Positions 50,939-60,700 of a stretch of 64,000 nt of DNA are shown in pieces (within the stretch, counting starts at the first letter, position 1; each line of letters begins with the position of its first letter). The notes under the pieces were generated by a model. That model did not search any database. It was given only the letters and a program-made list of their open reading frames with translations, and was not told the DNA's origin. The position numbers and the translations under genes were made by a program. The stretch comes from Elsinoe ampelina (taxonomy: Eukaryota): assembly GCA_010093995.1 (NCBI GenBank), contig ML992502.1:635717-699716 (forward strand), in the 5' to 3' direction.

Positions 50939-51763
50939 TCAATCGTCCTGATCGAAAGCGCCTCTACCCCTTGCAAAGTCATCGATAGCAGCCAGCGCGG
51001 CGGCTTTGTCGTACGAAGCCGTTGGCCAACCGTGGTCGATATAGATCTTTCGTACCCAATTCTCGTCCAGGCCTGATGGGAAGTCATGCTCCTGTCGTGA
51101 TGGTGGCTCCGTCGTGATCACATCTTTCCCGTCGGACACTCCAGGTTCGAAACCAGGTATCGGGATGATCTCAAGATTCTTGTACTCGGACTTGAAGCGT
51201 GTCCAGAACTCATAGAAGCCAAAGTCGAACCAGGGATTGGCTCGGATATCTTGATCTCTCATCACACCCGTGGCTGTGTTGAGGAGTAGATATCTGCCAT
51301 AGCTCTCATAGCCCCGGGCCAAGACGATCCAATGCTCGCGGGCGGTACGACTTTCTTCAATTTCGGCCAGTTCTTCACCAAAATCAGGCTTAGCAAAGTC
51401 TGATGCTGTGTATGTCGAGTAGTCCTGTACAATGCACTTGAAGTTGATATTGTGCCGATTGCCGTCGTGGTCATCCTCCGCCTCGATGTATGGCAAGTGG
51501 CGAATCAGATCAACCACAAACTCGGATTTGCCAAAGTCGACAGTAGATGCTGCGGTGATATTAGGCCAGCCACCTGGGGGTGGAAGCTTGAGAGCGGATT
51601 CCGGGATATACAGCCTCACAAGATACTCGTAAAAGTCGCGAATGGTTGTAACAATCTCTTCCCGGCTGAGGGGAAAGTCCTGGGGTAGAGAGTCGTCGGA
51701 CGAGTACTCATCTAACGAATACAAGTCATCTGATGGTGGCGGAGACGGATTGCGTATCAGCAT
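50939..51763 (-). CDS. Hypothetical protein, 274 aa
   Basis: Intact ORF; IRDFYEYL...PPPGGWPNIT...GKSEFVVDLIRHLPYI...IYIDHGWP resembles a fungal family of unknown function. Confidence 0.72.
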   Translation of the reverse strand: MLIRNPSPPPSDDLYSLDEYSSDDSLPQDFPLSREEIVTTIRDFYEYLVRLYIPESALKLPPPGGWPNITAASTVDFGKSEFVVDLIRHLPYIEAEDDHDGNRHNINFKCIVQDYSTYTASDFAKPDFGEELAEIEESRTAREHWIVLARGYESYGRYLLLNTATGVMRDQDIRANPWFDFGFYEFWTRFKSEYKNLEIIPIPGFEPGVSDGKDVITTEPPSRQEHDFPSGLDENWVRKIYIDHGWPTASYDKAAALAAIDDFARGRGAFDQDD

Positions 51764-51992
51764 ACTGGAAGAAGCGCGAAAAGGCCATGCCAGTCAAAGG
51801 ATGGACGACTTTGCGTGCGAGATAGCAATCACGATCATTATAGAGGGAAGTGATGTTGTTTGCTTCACTCAAATTGCCTGAAATGCCGGCATACCTATTA
51901 GCCTTTCTTGGCATGCAGGAGCTCGGCAAAACCAGACAAAATGTGTGGTGGGTTCCGATCTCCTGCTCCCGGCATCAACAGCTAGCACGATA

Positions 51993-53983
51993 CAGTAGGA
52001 CCTCTATATACCGTTAGTTGCGTGAATCGGCCGATTAACGGTATAGCCAAGATATCGGTGTGTCAAATAAGGTGGTGTAACTGCTTTAAAACCTCTTAAT
52101 TCTATAGTCTATTACCTTATAAAGAACTTATAAATAGCTAGCTACCTTATAGAGGCTCTTAAGCGTGCTTAAACAATCTTACGATGCTCCTCTACCTCCT
52201 TTAGTAGCTTAAAGTTGCACTCCTCCGACTGCTCCTTATATAGCTAAAGCTATACTAGTGTAGTTAAAGCCTCTAAGTGCTTTATACGCTAGAGTATCTC
52301 TACTGCCTTATTCTCTTCTTTATACTCTAGTATAGGTGTATATTGCTTAGCGATAGAGAGAAGGAAGGCCTCTCTAATCTCTTTATAGGTATCCTTAACC
52401 TTCTCTTCCTCTAGCTATAGTAGGCTAGCAATAGTTATTACTAGATAGATAGTATTCCTAAGCTATAGAGCATATAGCTACTATTGTACTTCCGCCTCTA
52501 CCTCCTAATCGATAGGCTTTAGTAGAGGAGCTTAGTTCTACTAGCGGAGTTACTTTCTTTACTATACTTTAAAGGTAAGAGGGCCTTTAACCTTACTAAG
52601 AAGAGTTAAATAAAGCTAGTAATTAGTAATAGAAGTTACCGATACTTTATTCTAAGCCTAGAGAGTGTCGCGGATAGCCTTTAGTATGTTAATTGTCTTT
52701 ATAGAATTACATAAGAGTTCGATCTTCTCTAGTATATAAGCAAGCTAGCGCTTCTAATAGTAGGCCTTAAAGCAGCAAATAACCCCTTAATCTAGAGGCT
52801 AGTACTTGCTTATAGAGTTTGCTAGTAGCTAGATAATCTCGATATTAGTAACTTTATATTAAATTACTATAACTACGTACTTATATACTAAGAAGTTATT
52901 AAGAAGAAGAGTAATCTAGAGGAGCAAATTTAGTATATATAGCTTATGTAATATGAAATTGCCACTTACCTTCCTACTACCTACCTCCTTATTTAACTAC
53001 CTTAAGTACTCTTTAAAGATTAGACTAGTTATCTAAGATGTCTTATTTGCTCGCTAGAATATATTCTAGCGCTTAATATTAACTCTAGTAGCTTTAAAAC
53101 ACTATAGTACTTTAGCATTACCGATGATCTAAGGCTTTAGCTTATAGTTGCTAGAGGCATTATAAGTAAAAAGCACTAAGAGCCTCTTCTTGCTACGCTT
53201 AGTACTAGGCAGTAGTTATAAAGCTAGAGAGTAATTAGGTATTATTATATAATAGAGGCTAGTCTTATTAGCGTTATACTAATTATCTAGATAGTAGTGC
53301 AATAAGTGCTCTTTTACCTTTATAAGCTCTTTAGTATACTCCTCTTTATTAATATTACTAGCCTTACTATAACAGATCCTCTACCTAATGTTATATCTAC
53401 TCTTAAAGCTAGTAAGCTAGCTATTAGAGAACTTCGGCATCTCTTAGTCTTTATACTAAGGCATTACCTTAAACAACCTCTTAGCTTACTCCTTTAAGAG
53501 AGCACTAGTTACTAGTATTAGCTACTTAATTTTTAGCTGCTACTAGAAGAGTATAGCCTCTAGCTCCGGAAGGTACTCTATTCTTCTTCTTTTACTATTA
53601 GGCTTAGCCTTATCTCTAGCCTTGTAGTACTTCTAGCAGATGATATTAGAGATAGTAGATTAATAGATAGTATAACTCTAGAGGCAGCTAAAGTGATTAG
53701 CTAGCTACTGCTAGCTATAGTAAGGATACTCTTTGTAGCGCTAGATAACTACTGCCTTCTAGCTAGCGGTAATAGCATTCCTTAGAGGCATAATAACTGA
53801 CGATTAAATAGGCTATTAGCACTAAAATTAGCACTTTGTATACCGATAAAGAGCTTAGTTAACAAACGGAACGGTATAACAAGAGAGTAGCTTATTTAGC
53901 AGTGAAAAAAACGGTGAATTGCAACTCCAACGGAATAACCAAGATAACGGTATATAAACTAACGGTATATGCAGGTCCTACTG
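51993..53983 (-). mobile_element. Tigger/pogo-like (CENP-B HTH + DDE_1) DNA transposon, RIP-inactivated, 1991 bp
   Basis: 27-bp TIRs CAGTAGGACCT(CT/GC)ATATACCGTTAGTT flanked by TA. Minus-strand RIP forms of FSNGWL..FKSRYNI (~53385-53435), YNADETGLYY (~53250-53280), LLLDNF (~52895) and QPLDQG (~52785-52800). Confidence 0.9.
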
Positions 53984-54259
53984 TACGTTGGTTCGAAATG
54001 CCCATCTACATACTTCACCACGTATTGCTTCGCTTGCACATTCACCTCGGACGACAGGAACGCCAGGTGCCTCGGCTCAGGACCGTCACGCAGACTTGCC
54101 GGCAAGTGATCTAAGCGTCGATCACGCCAAACTCAATTGCACCGTCCATGGTGGAAATGTGGCTACAAAAGAGGTACAGTATGGTTCAATCGTCTCCTTG
54201 ACTAACTTACTTCTTTCCAGCAGCAAGCCGTGTCCTCTGTCTGTTCCACGTCAGCCATC

Positions 54260-54823
54260 ATGACTTCCTCGGCCGCTTCGAATGCAGCAAAACCGCCTCC
54301 TCCGCCTTCAGCTCCCACCGACCCCTCTGTTGCAAAACAGACCCCGCAAGGAGCCTACCCTCTCAGCTTGAACGACCTCGGAGATCTTGTTGCGTATCAT
54401 GCCCACCCAGCAGGGCTGTCGATTCGGTCTCTGGTGTCTCTCCCTGCAGGCTCGACATTCGCCAAGATCACCGCATCTACCCCAGCAACGACGAAGCGGT
54501 GGTCAACTGTTCAAACATCGCAGAACACCCACATCGAGCTCAACTCCGCACTTCTGTACATGAACCACTCCTGTGCCCCTTCGTTGGAGATCGATGTCAA
54601 GAGCATGGAAGTCAAGGTTGCACGGAACAGAGACCTGAGCAAGGGGGATGAGCTGAGCTTCTTCTACCCAAGCACGGAATGGGAGTTCGACAACCCCTTC
54701 AAGTGCTTGTGTGGTAGCGACAATTGCTTGGGCGAAGTCAAAGGAGCAAAGTTCATTCCCAAGGACGAATTGAAGAGGTGGTTCGTGAATGAGCACATCC
54801 TTGGGCTTAAGAGCCAGGAATAA
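54260..54823 (+). CDS. Small SET plus post-SET domain protein
   Basis: YMNHSCAP, GDELSFFYP and post-SET FKCLCGSDNCLG. Confidence 0.88.
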   Translation: MTSSAASNAAKPPPPPSAPTDPSVAKQTPQGAYPLSLNDLGDLVAYHAHPAGLSIRSLVSLPAGSTFAKITASTPATTKRWSTVQTSQNTHIELNSALLYMNHSCAPSLEIDVKSMEVKVARNRDLSKGDELSFFYPSTEWEFDNPFKCLCGSDNCLGEVKGAKFIPKDELKRWFVNEHILGLKSQE

Positions 54824-55369
54824 AAGCAATGGTTACATGATGAGAAGACGACGATCATGCAAAAAGTAGAACAATATGAGATGTAACACAAAGCTTTGGC
54901 CTTCACAACTAATGGACTGGGCGCCAGTGCCATAGCCGCCGTGGTGAACAGCAATGTGGACCACACCCTTCTTGACTTCCTCATTCAATCCCCAGGCATC
55001 ATCTCGTATTGGTTTCTGGACGGCCGGTCTTGTGTTCAAGGTCTTTTGGAGGTCGAGCCATCACGGACATATCATCTTGTACTTGGAAGTATCAGCCCGA
55101 GGTTTGGATATTTCTGTTTTGCGATTCTCGTTGCGATTCTCGTCCAGTCCACCCACTATCCAGCCTCAGCGTGTTTGAACGAATTGTACGAGTGTCTCGG
55201 CTGGACGTCCTGCATGTCTTGCACCAGTCACCGGTCCAGTCGGACTCACATGCTTCACATGCTCAGGTAGACTCATTGAGCCGGAGGGCGCACAGTGTAC
55301 GCATGAACTTCAAGCGGTGAAGTCAACCTGATTCCCATTCCTCGCCAACTGTGAGTAATGTGGCGTCAT

Positions 55370-56045
55370 GTGAGCATCGGACCACCAGGAATCGCGACCT
55401 GGTAGGTACTCTTTAAGCTGAATAGAGAGATGCGTGCGTCAAACTACCAGGGATGGTCTCCCGATAAAAACAGTCCTGTCCGACCTAAGGGACGTAGGCG
55501 CGGAGTTGGCATCGCACAACCAGGAATGGCAACCCGGTGGTTTCAATCCTCACTGGCTCGGGACGATCCAATGGGAAGCGGACTTTGGAAAGACCATGGA
55601 AGGCACTCTGACCGTTCCAGTTCTATCTGACGGTAGGAGAATACGAAGAGAAGCGTGCATCAAACTAACGAGATTAGGGACCTGGTGATTCGGCTACCTA
55701 TCTCGCTGGGTAACGTCAACAAGAGCGTGCAACACAAGGGGAAGGCACCTTGCTAGTATCAATCCTACCTGACTGTAGTAGATGTCAAGAGGAGCGTGTA
55801 TCGGATTACCAGGAATGGCAACCTGGTAGTCTCAATCCCATCTAGCTGAGGACTGTCAAGAAGAGGATACATCATATAGCCAGGAATGGCACACTGATAG
55901 TTCCCATCCTATCTAATTAGAGGAGCTGTCAAGACATGCACGCATCAGACGACCAGGTTGCTATTAGTGGAGTTTGCGTGATGCTATGTGGAATGGCAGC
56001 AGGGTAGTCTCAATCATACCTGATTGTGAGAGATGTCAAAGTGAA
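55370..56045. repeat. Degenerate tandem array of about ten ~73-bp units with palindromic core
   Basis: Core (T)ACCAGGAATGGCAACCTGGTAG-like motifs start near 55385, 55447, 55520, 55594, 55668, 55735, 55809, 55880, 55953 and ~55987. Confidence 0.85.
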
Positions 56046-56332
56046 GTGAGCCCGCCCGTCACGTGAGTTTTTTTGGAATTGGCTGGACGTTTGCCCCACG
56101 TGAAAAAAGCGGGGCGGCTTTGTGTAACCGCAACTCATACACATCCACCATCTGCGCCAGGCTTCACTTTCTCTCACCACCTCATCTCTTTAATACCGCC
56201 GTGCGCCTTTTGGAATATTTCATCGCCTCACTCTCCATCCCCCTCACCCACACTCCGTCCCCCTCCCACGATTTTTGGATATCGTTCTCAATAATATCAA
56301 ACTGTACTACTATAATATCATACCAATTCACC

Positions 56333-57163
56333 ATGGTCTCACGAGCTCAGAAACCTGGTAGGATCAAGCCTGGGCAGGGCCCAGCTGCGGCAAGAGCAAA
56401 GGGCAAAGCTATCACGGGCGGCGCAAAAGGCAAAGCTGCTCTAGGCAGCGCAAACAGCAGGACTGCGTCAGGAACGAAGCTCAAGAAGGCGACGAAGCAG
56501 CCTGCGACAGAAACCCCACCGCCCAAACGTCCGGTCATGTGCGACTGGACCGAGGACTTTGACGAAATCTGGAACAGCGCCTGCGATCTCCTCATCGCAA
56601 GGAAATACGACAACTGCCTGGACGCATGCTACGACATTCTGCAGAAGCCCCATCCTCGCTTTCTCCGCGTCAAATGCTTCCTCGCTATGGCTGTGTGTGA
56701 GCTGACGTGCGACATGAGGTGGGCTGATCACTGGATGAGGACCGCGAAGCGCGCTCACGCGCATCTGCCGAAAGTCTACGACCACACTCAAAGGGTCTTC
56801 ATCAACGAATACGAAAGGCTCAGCTTCGAGGTCGACATGGTCGCGGAGGAGGTAGAAAGAGTTCGCTTGGTGAATGCAGGCAAGATCGAAGATGAATACG
56901 CGGACGAGGACATGCAGACAGAGACTCCAGAAGTCGTCGCCGACGGTAATGCTGGTGGTACCAAGGAGGTAAAGAATGACGAAGATGCGCTCGGACACAA
57001 GGAGGCCGCGGTTGGGGCGAAGGATTCGGAGATCGAGGCAGGTGGAAAGATGAAGCCGGAGGGCAACGTCGCCAAGGGTTCACTCCGTATCACTGGCCTG
57101 GGGAACAAGAGCGCACTGGCGTTGCGTCCGAAGGAGACCAAGGAGAGGTGGCATTATGGCTGA
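56333..57163 (+). CDS. Orphan protein: Lys/Ala-rich N-terminus, helical Cys-containing core, acidic tail
   Basis: ATG in CACCATGG context after a pyrimidine-rich leader; 276-codon open frame. Confidence 0.68.
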   Translation: MVSRAQKPGRIKPGQGPAAARAKGKAITGGAKGKAALGSANSRTASGTKLKKATKQPATETPPPKRPVMCDWTEDFDEIWNSACDLLIARKYDNCLDACYDILQKPHPRFLRVKCFLAMAVCELTCDMRWADHWMRTAKRAHAHLPKVYDHTQRVFINEYERLSFEVDMVAEEVERVRLVNAGKIEDEYADEDMQTETPEVVADGNAGGTKEVKNDEDALGHKEAAVGAKDSEIEAGGKMKPEGNVAKGSLRITGLGNKSALALRPKETKERWHYG

Positions 57164-57525
57164 CGGATTTGTGCACTGGATGGTGGTACGGCTTGGTTTT
57201 CTAGTAGTTTAGCGTGGTGTTCTGGTTAGGTTGCCGGCAATCACCTGGCAAGCTTGCATATCGGCCAGTGGCCAGCGTCTTGAATATGAGGCGCTTCAGG
57301 AATGAAAATTCTCCTTGTCAGCTTGCATCCCTCTGCTGCTGATGTTGTACATCTACTGAGGCGCTCATGGAGGTCACAGCAGTCAATGCCATTAGAATGG
57401 TCCAATTCATGCGGTATGTGCAACGGACACTTGGTGATATGATTTTCTGCATTGCATCCACTCTAACCAGGGACTGAATCATGAATTGTACACAGTACCC
57501 AATGTCTGATTCATACCATCCTGTC

Positions 57526-57744
57526 TGTCAACCGAGGCATAAGCTGGAGCGCCAAGAAGACCCTGATTCAGTTCATCCCAAGGTTGAACTGAACACTATC
57601 TTACTATTTCACTAATCTATGATCAAATTAGATAATTATTGTCTTAATCTGCTACTATTAAGGAGTTCTTTTAATTTAGCTATCTTTTAGTACACTAGGT
57701 TAAGTATTTATATAGTTATAATCCACCTTATTTTAGTAGTTTAG
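57526..57744 (+). repeat. First 219 bp of a copia LTR (same family as 1439-1697), interrupted by a gypsy insertion
   Basis: Starts TGTCAACCGAGGCATAAGC; four substitutions versus the reverse complement of 1479-1697; homology stops exactly where TGTTAT begins at 57745. Confidence 0.92.
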
Positions 57745-60700
57745 TGTTATAAACTAGTAGGACAGCTAGAGCGCAGGGACGTTAGGACCAATTAAACTGC
57801 CAAGGTTATTACGTAACCTAGCCCGACATTTACTTAATTCTCTATCTTCTCTAGTAGCTCTACCCTAGAGACTATAGAGCGCATAGGTTACTAGTGGACA
57901 TGTACTCTATATTGCCTCTAACTCTTGCTATAGAGCATATAGAGCATATAGAGCATATAGTAAAGAATATATATATATAGGAACAGTTCTTACCTTATAT
58001 AAGTACTATAGTTAACCTTGTCTAGATAGTAAACACTAGTATTACTAAGGCTAGCCTTTATAATACTATCTAATTATACTTTATTATCTATAAGATATAC
58101 CTTCTCTAACTCTTACTTTAGTACTATCCTACTATAGAAGTAGAACTACCTTGTTCTTAGCTTAGCTTAGACTACTAGTATAGGCTATATTTAGACAGTT
58201 TATAATATTTTAACTACCCTTACTATAGTATAGCACGCTATAAGGTTAATAAGTAACTCTTGCTCTAAGTTACTATTAGTATCTTTAATTGCTAGTAAGC
58301 TAGAAAAGCTTACTATTAATAACATGTCTACTACTAGTTTAACCTTAGGCAAATATAGAAGGTCTCTTAGTATAGAGAAAGGACAGAGTAGGCCTAAGTT
58401 AGAAGTGAAACTCTTCTACGGGAACTATGCCTACTTAAGGCACTTCCTTATTTAACTTAAGGCTTTCTTTGCTCTAGAGAGTAATAAGTACACTAACAAT
58501 GTAGTAAAAGTCCTCTATGCTAGGATACACCTTAAAGGCGCCGCCTTTAGGTAGTTTAAGCCTTATATAAGTAGCTACCTAGATAGATAACTAAGTCTAG
58601 ATACAAAGGCTATCTTTAAGAGCTTTAATATCTTTTAGGCAAAGATTAAGTAAGTCTTTAACATATCTAATAAGGAATATATTACTATAATAAAGATTTA
58701 ATAACTATAACAATATAGGTCTATAGCCTAGTACTATTCCTAGTTCTAACAACTCGTAATACACCTAGACTAGAATAATAGTACTAAATATTTAGTATTC
58801 TACTAAGGACTAAGTAACTTAGTTAAAGACTAAATAATACCTAAGCTACCTAATAGCCTCTAGAAGCTAGTAGATACTATAATTACTATCGATAATAGAC
58901 TCTATAAACGACATATAGAGCGTTATAGAGGATATAAGGCAAATACTAGATATACGCGTTCCTCCCGAAACTATAGAGACTCTATAGAACTTAACGCTAT
59001 ACGTAAAGGTTGCCTCTTATAGGTATAAGGCCGAGGCTATAGAGGAAAGTTCCTTAGTAGAAAAGAGAGAGAGAAGTATAGATAAGACAATCTATGTTTT
59101 AAATATAAAAGACCTAGATATTAGGCTAGGGACTACTAATAAGAGACACTAGCCGATAGATTACATATAATAGTTACTAGGCTAGTAGAAAAAAAGGCTA
59201 ATACTACTATAGAAGACCTAATAACCTTTAGCGTAGGTAAGGAAACATAGAAGAAGTCTATAATAACTTAAGAGGTAATAGAACTCTCTCTAGATATTAT
59301 GCTTAATATCTCTATAACTAATAATAAATAATAAAGCTATTATGTAACGCTATTATAGATAGTATATTATAACAACTCTTGTTACATTTACTTATTAGAT
59401 AAGCAGGGATCTAGTTAGTTCCTATATAAGCTATCTAAGCGTAGGTAACTAATAAAATAGCTAGACTAGAAACCTAACCTAGAAGAGCTCTCTATAATTA
59501 GTAGTAACATTAACTAACCTTAGAAGGTAGTTAGCGATAATTACTAATATATAATTATTAAAACGAAGTATTAGGACGCAAGTGCTATATAATAATATAG
59601 TAGTCTTACCTTTAGCCCTTATAGCGAACTATAAGGAAAGGCATATTATATATCGCTCTAGAAATATATAAATCTAAATTGTAAATAGTACTATACTATC
59701 TACTTATATAATGTACTTAAAGAAGATACTATTAGTCTTAAATACACTACGGACTTCTTAGTAATCGAAATAGATAGTACTATCCCCTATAGCTAAGTAA
59801 GAGTATATACTTAGTATAGCCTTACTAACTATAACTATACTAGAGGTAGTAGCGATAAAGAGGAATATAACGAGAAATATACCGAACAATAGTAGTGTAA
59901 TAATATAGATAAGAACTTATTTAACAACGATAATATACTACTACTAGGTAGACAACTTAAAGTATACCTTATAGGGATATAGAGGAATTATATAATAATA
60001 TACACCTACTACTAGAATAGGATATAACAAGATAAATCTATATAACTTACTTTCGTCTTTAATACTAATACCTAGCTATACCTAGAAGAAATAGTTATAC
60101 TAGTATAGGTGTACGACACTACTTAGTGTAATTAGTAGAGGATTATTAGACTTTATAGTTATTAAGGAACTTAAGCGCTAGAAGTCTACTATACTATATC
60201 AAATAGTAACAAGACATAACTAGCCTAATAAATATAGTACTAATAGTAGATACGTATAGGAAGGGATTAGCTACTTATCTAAGGAGCTATAATGATAAAA
60301 AACTAGCTAGTTGTCGCCTAATAAGGTAAGATAATAACACTAGCTAAAGCCTTAACATAATAAAGATCTATATATTAAACTACTTTATACTAGAAGTCGA
60401 AATGTAAGGGAATAAGATAAAAGCAATAATAGATTTAGGAGCTAACTATAGCTACGTTTCTATAACAGTTGCTAACTAGCTTAAACCTTATTAATATTAG
60501 AAGGAGTTACCTTACCTACTTACTATAGTAGATAGAACCCCTATAGGGAAGAATAGGAAAGTTACTTAGGAACTATAAAACGTTATAATTAAAATTAAAA
60601 CATATATAGAAAAACGATTAATTAATATAGTAGATATATAGTATAATATAGTACTTAGTATAGACTAGCTTTAATAATATAATCTAGACATAGACTAGAT

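Noticed and set aside
53306..53497. 63-aa ORF inside the AT-rich block
   Set aside because: Chance open frame antisense to the RIPed transposase.
55370..56045. CRISPR array
   Set aside because: Eukaryotic context, no cas genes, degenerate repeats, and the inter-core segments resemble each other rather than being unique spacers.
56063..56332. N-terminal extension of the 366-aa ORF
   Set aside because: Starts at GTG and covers a pyrimidine-rich leader; the ATG at 56333 has better context.
1479..57744. One giant TIR transposon or Starship carrying the gene block
   Set aside because: The inverted repeats are retrotransposon LTRs whose elements extend outward. The cargo includes core housekeeping genes and no tyrosine-recombinase captain is present.
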